Positions 9,071 to 17,169 of a DNA stretch of 64,000 bases are shown one piece after another. Source of the DNA: a virus; IMG/VR virus record IMGVR_UViG_3300030104_004642, positions 1 to 64,000 of that record, one strand, 5' to 3'. The notes beneath the pieces are model-generated. The model was not told where the DNA came from and made no database searches. It worked only from the letters and a program-made list of their open reading frames with translations. The position numbers and the translations under genes were made by a program. Numbering within the stretch: position 1 is the stretch's first letter; each line of letters opens with the position of its first letter.

Positions 9071-9788
9071 TTAAGAATTTGTAGATTTGATCCCAGGTTC
9101 CAAGGTCAACATAGTCATCAACTTCAATTGCCTTAGATTTATATATTGGTGTGTCTTTAATCTCCCCTACAAGGAGTCTATGATTCAATGTTGATTTCTC
9201 CATAAACTCAATACAATTATCAAAGACCCTTTTCCTGAAAGCAAAGGCAGTCCAGAAAGCATTAAACCTTTCTAGTTCTTCTTGAGGTTTATCTTCATAC
9301 TCTTCAACCAAATTATCTTGATCAATCCAGAGAGCACCTTTAGTTTTTAACATCTCATCATCATCCATCTCCCTTTTATAGAAGAATGTGAATCCTGTCT
9401 CATTCAAACTATCACCAACAAGACTCACAATGTCCTGAGATGATTTAAGTTTTAGAAAGGTATCAGGTAGAAGCACAAGATTCTTCTCACCAAACAGATG
9501 CTTGGCACTCTTAATTGATCCTGTATATTCAGTCTCTGCTGGATTGAAGAATGTGAATGAGATATTAAATCTTGTTTTATATCTACTCAGATACTTGATT
9601 AATTCAGTCTTATTCTCATTCAATGTCACAACAAATTGAACATCCCTTCTACCATAGTTCTGAAATAGATCAAAACTATAATCAATCAGTGACTTATTCT
9701 TTTCAATAGAGTGAATCTCTTTTGGATAGGGAAGGGATAATCTGGTTCCCTCACCAGCACAAGGAAGTATAACAGTTAGTTCAGACAT
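9048..9788 (-). CDS. sugar-1-phosphate nucleotidyltransferase
   Basis: LPCAGEGTRL..PKE signature, LPD, EDKP, YVDLGT motifs of the RmlA/GalU-like family. Confidence 0.85.
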   Translation of the reverse strand: MSELTVILPCAGEGTRLSLPYPKEIHSIEKNKSLIDYSFDLFQNYGRRDVQFVVTLNENKTELIKYLSRYKTRFNISFTFFNPAETEYTGSIKSAKHLFGEKNLVLLPDTFLKLKSSQDIVSLVGDSLNETGFTFFYKREMDDDEMLKTKGALWIDQDNLVEEYEDKPQEELERFNAFWTAFAFRKRVFDNCIEFMEKSTLNHRLLVGEIKDTPIYKSKAIEVDDYVDLGTWDQIYKFLNGKENNC

Positions 9789-10641
9789 TTTCTAGTGCAA
9801 AGGTCCCATTGCCAAATTCTAGCATGGAATACTGGGAGTACGCAAGGGTGTTCAACCACTGTTTTTTGTATGGATCAGGGGGATAGAAGGGACGTTCAAT
9901 CAAACTAAAATCTGACAATGAGACAGGTGCTGTGGGTGAGTTTTCATCAGTGAATGTAGGGATACCCTCCAAATGAGCAGTGATAGCAGCACAGGATGAG
10001 TGTGTAACCAGTGCCCAACAGTCTTTAAGATCCTCCTCTAATGTGGTCCTGGTTGATGGTGACATGACAGAGTTGATTGCTGGTTTATCCCTGATGACAA
10101 TCTCCCTATCTGTATGTTCCCTAAGGGTTTGTAGGGTTTTAGTTCTCCAATTCTTTTGATCATACAGGGCTAGTACATGCTCTGATGGTGGACATACAAG
10201 GATCTTTGATCCAGTCCTCTTGTACTCCTTACCATATCCATTAAAGTGATCATAGAAATACTTCTTCCATCTTGAACCATCAATGGCAAGGGGACTCTGA
10301 TGAATCTGGTTTTGAACATGACAGTTCTTTGATACCCTGAACCACTCACACTTGAAGGGATTCTTGTTTCCAGTATCCTGTGCATATCCTCTCCAAAAAT
10401 ATGCATGATCAATGTGATAATAATCTAAATTATTCTTCCTTCTATACTTGATAAAGTCATGAGTAAGACTACTGGTGGTCATATCACATAGGATAGGCAC
10501 AGTGTCATCAAATTTAGAATAAGATTCAGGTGATAGTTTTGAATTATTGATTACTTTAAACCCATAGTGATTACAGATATTAGTAATCACATCATTAAAT
10601 CCACCACTCTTCCTTGTGCTTTGAATACCAATATTAGACAT
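9781..10641 (-). CDS. putative GT-B fold / capsule-biosynthesis-like protein
   Basis: IDHAYF, ILVCPPS, IVIRDKP, LVTHSSCAAITAHLEGIP motifs. Confidence 0.5.
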   Translation of the reverse strand: MSNIGIQSTRKSGGFNDVITNICNHYGFKVINNSKLSPESYSKFDDTVPILCDMTTSSLTHDFIKYRRKNNLDYYHIDHAYFWRGYAQDTGNKNPFKCEWFRVSKNCHVQNQIHQSPLAIDGSRWKKYFYDHFNGYGKEYKRTGSKILVCPPSEHVLALYDQKNWRTKTLQTLREHTDREIVIRDKPAINSVMSPSTRTTLEEDLKDCWALVTHSSCAAITAHLEGIPTFTDENSPTAPVSLSDFSLIERPFYPPDPYKKQWLNTLAYSQYSMLEFGNGTFALENV

Positions 10642-11209
10642 AAGCAACCATGTTGCCACCCTCAGCAACTTTAAATTTATAATCCAATCCCAGACTCCTA
10701 ATCAGATCAGTGGTTGGTTGTTGATCCTTTTGCTTTACCTCATAGAACATAACTGGTTTATATTCCTTGATAGTTTGCATACCACCCTGAATAATTTGAA
10801 ACTCACTACCCTCAGTGTCAATCTTGATGAAAGATACATCAGTAAAGTTGTATGAGTCCAGGGTCTTGACAGCAACATCCTTAATTACATATGGATTTTT
10901 ACCCTCATTCTCCCAGAATCCACCCTTCTTAAACCTACTGATACTGGCATGACCAGGGATATCCCTACCATTAGGAAGGATAAGATCAGTGGTGGTCTCA
11001 GTATCACTCAGGGCAACATTATACTTCTCAACATCCTCAGAGAGTTGTTCAAAGGTATATGGATTTGGTTCAAAACAAATTACACGCTCAAAGTCCTTCA
11101 CAAGGGCAGTGGATGTGTCACCATCAAGGGCACCAATATCAATATAGGTGTTAAATTTTTGGATATGTGGATAGGCAGATCTCCTAATCCTTTCAAGATC
11201 AACACTCAT
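10634..11209 (-). CDS. FkbM-family methyltransferase
   Basis: IDIGALDG, FEPNP, NVALS, TLDS, IKIDTEGSE motifs. Confidence 0.9.
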   Translation of the reverse strand: MSVDLERIRRSAYPHIQKFNTYIDIGALDGDTSTALVKDFERVICFEPNPYTFEQLSEDVEKYNVALSDTETTTDLILPNGRDIPGHASISRFKKGGFWENEGKNPYVIKDVAVKTLDSYNFTDVSFIKIDTEGSEFQIIQGGMQTIKEYKPVMFYEVKQKDQQPTTDLIRSLGLDYKFKVAEGGNMVAYV

Positions 11210-11928
11210 TTTAATAACTCTGGACTTCTTTTCATACCCTTTCTACCACCCTTTCTATGGTCAACATAGGGACTCAGGATGGGACACCTTGCCATAACAT
11301 GTCTGTGAAATTCATGATCATTGATGGCATCACCACCACCATGAAACTTTGCTGTTGCCTCAGGGAACATCTCCATCACCCTGTCAAATATGTAGGAGTC
11401 ATTCTGTTGCTTGTAATCAAAGATCTTACCAGTATCATATACCTCCTGAAACTTATCAAAGAATCTTTGAACCACCTCACTCTTACAGTTATAGGTTACA
11501 AATCCAGTCTCAGTGTAATAACTTGGTCTGGGATAGTATGAGAAATCCCTATCACCAATAAAGTTATCATACCATTCCATTGGAATTTGTTTCAGGAAGA
11601 CACAATCAGCATCAATGAAGAACTGCCTATCACCCCATTGTCTACCACCACACTGAGCATATACCTTATATGCAAATCTGACAGCATCCATGATGTAATT
11701 ATCCACATCACCCTTCTGATACTTCTTAATGAAAGCAGCAATGGGGGTCTCCCTAAAAATGTTAAGGTATTTAATTTTTGGATGTTGAGGATAGAGTAGG
11801 ATATTATCCTCCTCCACATAACAATACAATGGGGGATGCTGATGGGTATCAAGATATGTCCTGATCAGATCCTTAGCATACTCATCATAGAGTTTCTTAT
11901 TAAATGTGGTTAAAAAATAATTACTCAT
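11206..11928 (-). CDS. putative GT-A glycosyltransferase
   Basis: AVRFAYKVYA, FIDAD (DxD), ETGF, DSYIFD, H.KG motifs. Confidence 0.6.
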   Translation of the reverse strand: MSNYFLTTFNKKLYDEYAKDLIRTYLDTHQHPPLYCYVEEDNILLYPQHPKIKYLNIFRETPIAAFIKKYQKGDVDNYIMDAVRFAYKVYAQCGGRQWGDRQFFIDADCVFLKQIPMEWYDNFIGDRDFSYYPRPSYYTETGFVTYNCKSEVVQRFFDKFQEVYDTGKIFDYKQQNDSYIFDRVMEMFPEATAKFHGGGDAINDHEFHRHVMARCPILSPYVDHRKGGRKGMKRSPELLK

Positions 11929-12631
11929 GTTTCATTACACAATAATCTACTTCTGCCTGAATGATGTTATCCTTGTTAACATCACTATTGATCTTTGATG
12001 ATAGTTGTTCTGAGTGAACCCTGTTAGTTACAAGGTCATCCATCAGATAAAATGGTTGACCATGATTCTTATCAAGATGATAATAGAACTCAACATCCAT
12101 CATCATCCTAACATTCTCATCAAATCTTTCCACCACCTTATCATTCTTGAATGCCAATACTGATGGAGAACTGATTGAGTTTACACCCCTGATGATATCA
12201 TCATTCCAACCTGGCATCATGGTCCAGTAGAAATCATTACCATCAGTCTGGGTGTGATTGCATCCACATACCAACCAATCCTTATCACTCTCCATCAGGG
12301 ATGTGTATATCTTTTCAAGTGCCTCATCATCATAGAAGAAGTCATCCTGAAATAATACCTTTACGACCTCACCATTACAATGATTGATGGCATTGTTGGC
12401 ATTAAAGGAGATATTTCCCCTCTCTTCCCTGTTTCTGACATACTTGATATTTACACCATTCCTCTCATAATGCTTGACAACATTCTTGACCTCATTACCC
12501 TCACAACTATCAGATACAATTATCTCCCAGTCAGTAAGGGTTTGTATTTGCACTGTGCGCACAAGGTCATCCAGGAACTCAGCACCCCTTCCGTGTGCTT
12601 CCCATGCAGGAACTGCTATTGATACTTTCAT
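11921..12631 (-). CDS. glycosyltransferase family 2
   Basis: KVSIAVP, EIIVSD, N.NNAI, LFQDD, PS, RVH motifs; start taken at MKVS. Confidence 0.88.
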   Translation of the reverse strand: MKVSIAVPAWEAHGRGAEFLDDLVRTVQIQTLTDWEIIVSDSCEGNEVKNVVKHYERNGVNIKYVRNREERGNISFNANNAINHCNGEVVKVLFQDDFFYDDEALEKIYTSLMESDKDWLVCGCNHTQTDGNDFYWTMMPGWNDDIIRGVNSISSPSVLAFKNDKVVERFDENVRMMMDVEFYYHLDKNHGQPFYLMDDLVTNRVHSEQLSSKINSDVNKDNIIQAEVDYCVMKHE

Positions 12632-13627
12632 CACATAGTTCTCATTTGAATTTGCTTTCCAATCCATTTATATGTTGCTGCAATGCCCTCTTCAAGGGTC
12701 ATTGAGTAATCCCAATCAAGTTTTTCCCTGACAAGATCATTGTTAGAGTTACGTCCTCTAACACCAAGGGGTCCATCAATATGAATCTTGCTGACTTCCT
12801 TTTCAGCAACCTTGGCAACAGTGTCAACCAGTTGATTAATTGTGACCATCTCCTCAGAACCAATGTTCAATGAACAGGAAGGAACGAGTTTGTGTGCCAT
12901 CTCCCCACACCTCAATTGCTCCACCCTTCTTTGGAAGGTAGGAGACCTTACGACAGATTGCAGCTGGACTCTTCTCTCTTCCTCCCTCCCAGGTGCCCTC
13001 AGGTCCAAAAATATTATGATACCTGGCAATCCTAACAGGAATAGCATGGTTCCTATTGTAAGCAAGGTAGAGACGCTCAGAGAATAGTTTCTCCCATCCA
13101 TACTCTGAATCTGGTGCTGCTGGATATGCTGATTCTTCACGGCAATCAGGGTTGTCTGGGTCAAGTTGGTTGTACTCAGGGTACATGCAGGCAGAACTGG
13201 AATAGAAGATCTTGGTAGAATTCTTACCCTTCTCCTCATTCATTTTGCGCACACCTTCCAATACATTCAGGTTAATAGAAACTGAATTGTGCATGATATC
13301 TGCATCATTCTCACCTGTAAATACAAAACCAGCACCACCCATATCAGCAGCAAACTGATAGATCTCATCAAATGGCTGAATGTATCTGTAAGGGACAGAG
13401 TTATAGAAGTTACCCCTGTCCCCCTTATATTCCAAACATCTTTCTACAAATCTTGTATCTGTTAGATCCCCAACCACAAATTCATTGGCATGATGATCAC
13501 TAAATTCAGGATATTTTACATCAACACCCCTAACCCAGTATCCATCTTCACGCAGTCTTTTAACCATGTGACTGCCAATGAATCCACCAGCACCCAATAC
13601 GAGTGCCTTCTTTACATATTGAGACAT
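12631..13627 (-). pseudogene. GDP-mannose 3,5-epimerase-like NAD-dependent epimerase with an internal frameshifting deletion
   Basis: GAGGFIG, AADMGG, YGWEK, RYHNIFGP motifs in the 12854..13627 frame; the C-terminus (NIGSEEMVTINQL...GPLGVRGRNSNN) is in another frame; junction TTC ATT G|AAC ATT GGT near 12865-12872. Confidence 0.8.
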
Positions 13628-13650
13628 GATAAATTAAATCCTATACAACT

Positions 13651-13679
13651 ATTATATCAAGCAGAGTATTTTTTGACAA
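13651..13679 (-). promoter_or_regulatory. sigma70-type promoter of the sugar cluster
   Basis: TTGTCA-17 nt-TATAAT. Confidence 0.65.
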
Positions 13680-13884
13680 GTGCATCAAAATTAGGTTCCA
13701 TTGCACTTACAATTTTTCTAAGCAGTGCATCCTCACCACCTGCTGCTGGTGCTGCTGCGTGCTTATGATTCTTGAGTTCTGCTATTGCATTCTCCAGTGC
13801 TTGAAGCCTTGCTTCTACCTCAACATCATACTTGGACATTGATGCCCCACTTGCAGATCTAGCTGCTGATCCTCTTGTTGGCAT
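13657..13884 (-). CDS. conserved small cyanophage protein
   Basis: 75 aa, MSKYDVEVEARL motif; CTAAATA upstream near 13907. Confidence 0.65.
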   Translation of the reverse strand: MPTRGSAARSASGASMSKYDVEVEARLQALENAIAELKNHKHAAAPAAGGEDALLRKIVSAMEPNFDALVKKYSA

Positions 13885-13917
13885 TGTTATAAATTCAGAC
13901 TACCCCTATTTAGAATG

Positions 13918-14481
13918 TCACTTGTCTTCAATAAACCAATCAATACCCTCCCTACTTGCTAGTTTATCCACATCATGAGGATCCATCTCACCCTTTGGCA
14001 AATAAGCAAGTTCTCTCAAAGCATATACTGATGGATCCATAGTAACACTCGTGGGTAATCTACCTAGTGCCACATTATCAAAGTTAAGTTGATGCCTATC
14101 AAATGTAGAGAGTTCATATTCTTCTGTGTGTGATAGACAGTTTGTTGGGCAGTATTCCACACAGTTTCCACAGAATATACAAACCCCAAAATCTATAGAA
14201 TAGTTTCTTAACTCCTTCTTCTTGCTCTTCTTATTCATCACCCAATCAACCACTGGAAGGTTGATTGGACAGACACGAACACAAACCTCACAGGCAATAC
14301 ACTTATCAAACTCATAGTGTATTCTTCCCCTATATCTTTCAGAGGGTATTAGTTTCTCATAGGGATACTGGACAGTGATGGGTCTCCTTTTCATATGATC
14401 AAAGGTGACTGACATCCCCTGAGCCATATATTTGGCAGTATTAACTACCTCTTTTAAGTATCCAAAGATTGAGTTTCCCAT
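13918..14481 (-). CDS. ndhI: NDH-1 complex subunit I (2x[4Fe-4S])
   Basis: [32 protein letters not shown] and [12 protein letters not shown]; cyanobacterial type. Confidence 0.95.
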   Translation of the reverse strand: MGNSIFGYLKEVVNTAKYMAQGMSVTFDHMKRRPITVQYPYEKLIPSERYRGRIHYEFDKCIACEVCVRVCPINLPVVDWVMNKKSKKKELRNYSIDFGVCIFCGNCVEYCPTNCLSHTEEYELSTFDRHQLNFDNVALGRLPTSVTMDPSVYALRELAYLPKGEMDPHDVDKLASREGIDWFIEDK

Positions 14482-14507
14482 TTTGTTTTGGGTACTGTCC
14501 TATGTAG

Positions 14508-14533
14508 AAAAAAAGCAGGGTGATCACCCTGCT
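14508..14533 (-). terminator. rho-independent terminator
   Basis: Perfect palindrome AGCAGGGTGATCACCCTGCT followed by a T-run. Confidence 0.8.
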
Positions 14534-14550
14534 CAGAAGCACTTGTCAAC

Positions 14551-14594
14551 CATGGCGCGCCAAGTTATTTTTAAAGAGTAATAACTAAATCTCT
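14551..14594 (-). ncRNA. wcaG-like RNA motif (single unit)
   Basis: AGAG-ATTT-AGTTATT-ACTCTTTAAA-AATAACT-TGGCG: 7-bp stem, possible AGAG/CTCT pseudoknot, and UGGYG, as I recall the wcaG motif architecture. Confidence 0.4.
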
Positions 14595-14842
14595 GCTCTT
14601 GCCTTTACTGAATCACCCCTTCTTTCCCTGTAACAGGGCACACCTGCTGGATCTAACCAGAGGGTATAGTCAAAATCTTCCATGGCAGTGAGCAACTGCA
14701 TTTGATTGTCACAAAGATACATGTCTTTGTATTTTCCAGTAATGGAGTCAACCTTTTGAATCCTGTAATCAGGCATACCATTCAGTTCAATGGTGCCCCT
14801 CTCAACATAACGATAGGGAAACTTTTCAAGAAGAATTTTCAT
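14585..14842 (-). CDS. conserved cyanophage hypothetical protein
   Basis: 85 aa ORF, ATGA-coupled to the upstream ORF. Confidence 0.7.
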   Translation of the reverse strand: MKILLEKFPYRYVERGTIELNGMPDYRIQKVDSITGKYKDMYLCDNQMQLLTAMEDFDYTLWLDPAGVPCYRERRGDSVKARAEI

Positions 14843-15048
14843 ACTGCTGTGTTCAGATCAGAGGCAAGATAATCAAGAAGGATGTCATAGTCATCCAGGG
14901 GATCACCTGAAAAAACTACTCCACTGTTCTCATAAAACTTACGAACTTTTTTGTAAAGTTTTGGATTCTTTACATCCAAGAAGAAGTCACCTTTGACAGC
15001 ACTCTGGAGAGTGTTGATGTCCTTTTTGAACTTGGTAGAGATTTGCAT
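14839..15048 (-). CDS. conserved cyanophage hypothetical protein
   Basis: 69 aa ORF directly downstream of a promoter. Confidence 0.7.
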   Translation of the reverse strand: MQISTKFKKDINTLQSAVKGDFFLDVKNPKLYKKVRKFYENSGVVFSGDPLDDYDILLDYLASDLNTAV

Positions 15049-15070
15049 TGCTCTGTTTGATTACCTTTCT

Positions 15071-15122
15071 ATTCTAATGTACCTGACCACAGAGGTCAAG
15101 ATGGACAGTATAAAAACTGTCC
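15071..15122 (-). promoter_or_regulatory. sigma70-type promoter with upstream inverted repeat
   Basis: TTGACC-17 nt-TAGAAT (15071-15099) preceded by GGACAGT-N6-ACTGTCC (15103-15122). Confidence 0.65.
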
Positions 15123-15124
15123 TA

Positions 15125-15197
15125 TGCTTCCTGAGAGGATTGAACTCTCCTTAGGCAAATTATGAGTTTGCTGCATTCACCAGATTGCTAAGGAAGC
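15125..15197 (-). tRNA. tRNA with CAT anticodon (Met or Ile2)
   Basis: GCTTCCT/AGGAAGC acceptor stem; GCAAA-CTCATAA-TTTGC anticodon arm; T-loop GTTCAAT. Confidence 0.85.
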
Positions 15198-15200
15198 AAG

Positions 15201-15272
15201 TAGGACTGCTGGGAATTGAACCCAGTTTGCACCGTTATAAGCAGTGAGCATTAACCAATATGCGACAGTCCC
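15201..15272 (-). tRNA. tRNA-Ile(TAT)
   Basis: GGGACTG/CAGTCCT acceptor; CACTG-CTTATAA-CGGTG anticodon arm; GGTTCAATTCC T-arm. Confidence 0.85.
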
Positions 15273-15446
15273 TCAGGATGCCTCGTTGTTCTGTTCCAGA
15301 TATAACTTCATTATATCATCATCTGCTGGCATCATCACTGCCCTTTCACCACTCTCGTTTTCCACACCTATTGTCTCTCCCTTCTCAACCCTTTCAAGGA
15401 GTTGTTCCCAATTCTTCTGCCAATGTTCCACAGAATAAAATTCCAT
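15273..15446 (-). CDS. small protein resembling the Phd/YefM antitoxin N-terminal domain
   Basis: MEFYSVEHWQKNWEQLLERVEKGETIGVENESGERAVMMPADDDIMKLYLEQNNEAS; below the track cutoff. Confidence 0.55.
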   Translation of the reverse strand: MEFYSVEHWQKNWEQLLERVEKGETIGVENESGERAVMMPADDDIMKLYLEQNNEAS

Positions 15447-15465
15447 TGCTATGAATATATATGGT

Positions 15466-16155
15466 TTAAATAAATGTTTGTAATTTGTGTAAAATTACTT
15501 TATATGCCTCCACTATATCACCCTCATCCAATCTGAACAAGTCCTTATCATACCTCTCCATATCACTCTTTCCCCACAATCTCATTGAGTCAGGTGATAT
15601 CTCATCAGCAAGTAATAGTTCACCATGAGCATCAATACCAAACTCAATCTTGAAGTCAATAACATCAAACCCAATTATGTTGAACATGTTAATGAGATAA
15701 TCATTAATCAACATTGCTTGCTCAACAATTGGAGCAGAGTCATATCCCATCAATTTAACCCTATCCCTTGTGAGTAAAGGGTCATGCTTGCTATCATCCT
15801 TTAAAAAGAATTCTACAATGGCAGGTAGGATTGGTTGACCCTCCTTAAGTGTGGTGGTCTTCACAATAGATCCTGCTGCCCTGTTTCTAACAATTACTTC
15901 CAGTGGAATGATATCCACCTTCTTACACAACATCCTGTTAGGACCAACCTGTGTGATGTAATGATTTCTAACACCAAGATCTGCTAACTTTTCAAAGATA
16001 ATGGATGAGATCTGACAACAAAGTGAACCCTTACCAGCAGGATAATCCTCCTTCTCACCATTTCCAGCAGTAACTTTATCATGATAATGAATCAATACTT
16101 CTTCAGCATTATCAGTATTGAATACTGTTTTTACCTTACCCTCAACAACAAGCAT
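15466..16155 (-). CDS. purC: SAICAR synthetase
   Basis: EGKVK, IPLEVIVRN.AAGS, EFFLKDD..HDP, DFKIEFG, LADEISPDSMRLW, DKDLFR. Confidence 0.95.
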   Translation of the reverse strand: MLVVEGKVKTVFNTDNAEEVLIHYHDKVTAGNGEKEDYPAGKGSLCCQISSIIFEKLADLGVRNHYITQVGPNRMLCKKVDIIPLEVIVRNRAAGSIVKTTTLKEGQPILPAIVEFFLKDDSKHDPLLTRDRVKLMGYDSAPIVEQAMLINDYLINMFNIIGFDVIDFKIEFGIDAHGELLLADEISPDSMRLWGKSDMERYDKDLFRLDEGDIVEAYKVILHKLQTFI

Positions 16156-16403
16156 CAGCGCACCTCAAAGTCTAGTCTTTTAACTTTTCTTTTTCTCCTC
16201 TCTTCCTGGTAGAGTAGTTCTTCCCTTGAGAAGTGACTATCAATCTTTTCTTCAACCTTATTGGTAACCATTACAACCTTATCTAGGTCAATGGCGCCAA
16301 CCTTATTGTCCGCCAATCTCATTTGATTAGCACAACCACAGAACTGAACCTTACTAGTGCTGGTCAGTTCTCTATTACATTCCTTGCATCTAACTGTAAT
16401 CAT
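16155..16403 (-). CDS. conserved Zn-ribbon-like protein
   Basis: Start taken at MITVRCKEC (16403); CxxC...CxC; the longer track ORF overlaps tRNA-Val. Confidence 0.7.
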   Translation of the reverse strand: MITVRCKECNRELTSTSKVQFCGCANQMRLADNKVGAIDLDKVVMVTNKVEEKIDSHFSREELLYQEERRKRKVKRLDFEVR

Positions 16404-16419
16404 TGTTCTGAAAAATAGA

Positions 16420-16491
16420 TGGGAGATACTGGATTTGAACCAGTGACACCCTGCGTGTAAAGCAGACATTCTACCACTGAACTAATCTCCC
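16420..16491 (-). tRNA. tRNA-Val(TAC)
   Basis: GGGAGAT/ATCTCCC acceptor; CTGC-TTTACAC-GCAG anticodon arm; GGTTCAAATCC T-arm. Confidence 0.9.
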
Positions 16492-16673
16492 TTTTCTTTA
16501 TATAAGTGGGGATATTCCTGTTTCAACCAACAGGGTTTACACATGGAACCAACCCAAAGGTATAGTTCCTCATTCCAATATCCAAGTGTAGGACACTTAT
16601 TGGCAGGGGTCATCTGACCACATGCACAACACTCTGTCTCCCACATTTTCCATACTCTATCCTTGTCCAGCAT
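16482..16673 (-). CDS. Cys-rich hypothetical protein
   Basis: 63 aa with CCAC and CKPC. Confidence 0.5.
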   Translation of the reverse strand: MLDKDRVWKMWETECCACGQMTPANKCPTLGYWNEELYLWVGSMCKPCWLKQEYPHLYKEKGD

Positions 16674-16899
16674 TCTTCTCTTCCTTCTTAGTTTTGAAGT
16701 AGAGTTTATAATATCTCTTCTTCATCTCTGCAAGCACTTCCATGTCCTCACCAAATCCCATAAATTTAAGATGTTGATAAGTGCCTTCCATCTCACTGAT
16801 TAGACAGCAAATATTTATAGCACTTTGAGGTCTACCTCCAAAGTCATAGTAAGACATTGGTGGTGGATTGCCTGTTGATGATACAAGAGATTCACTCAT
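16657..16899 (-). CDS. conserved cyanophage hypothetical protein
   Basis: 80 aa ORF downstream of the manA-like RNA. Confidence 0.6.
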   Translation of the reverse strand: MSESLVSSTGNPPPMSYYDFGGRPQSAINICCLISEMEGTYQHLKFMGFGEDMEVLAEMKKRYYKLYFKTKKEEKNAGQG

Positions 16900-16968
16900 A
16901 TGTATGTAGAATAGGTAACCAAGAGGTGTTTAGTTAAGGATTTCCCCAATCTATTCCTCTTGGTTGGT

Positions 16969-17134
16969 TTGGGTGGGTAGAGGGATTTACTTTTCACCCT
17001 CAACAAGATGGTCTCACTAGTAAGATAGTGATCTTGTTCTTTTCAGTCCTCTTGGTTAGAGTTCTGTGTCACCACAGCGGGCACCACCCCTGACTTACTT
17101 CACCATTACAGAGTGCATGACCACATCTGTTTTT
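16969..17134 (-). ncRNA. manA-like structured RNA motif
   Basis: GTCAGGGGTGGTGCCCGCT..AGAACTC..ACCAAGAGG..GAAA..CACTA..ACTAG..GAGGGTGAAAAGTAAATCCCTC.ACCCACC, multi-stem and adjacent to a tRNA; matches my recollection of the manA motif. Boundaries approximate. Confidence 0.7.
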
Positions 17135-17169
17135 CTGGCATACCCTAAGGAGAATGATCAGTTCTCCAA

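Noticed and set aside
12854-12880. Programmed ribosomal frameshift in the epimerase
   Set aside because: There is no slippery sequence, and a conserved segment appears to be physically missing, so a frameshift would not restore the protein.
15244-15454. Two plus-strand ORFs near the tRNAs
   Set aside because: They overlap tRNA-Ile and lie antisense to the 57 aa minus-strand ORF.
16403-16469. N-terminal extension of the 104 aa track ORF
   Set aside because: It overlaps tRNA-Val; the ATG at 16403 is the more plausible start.
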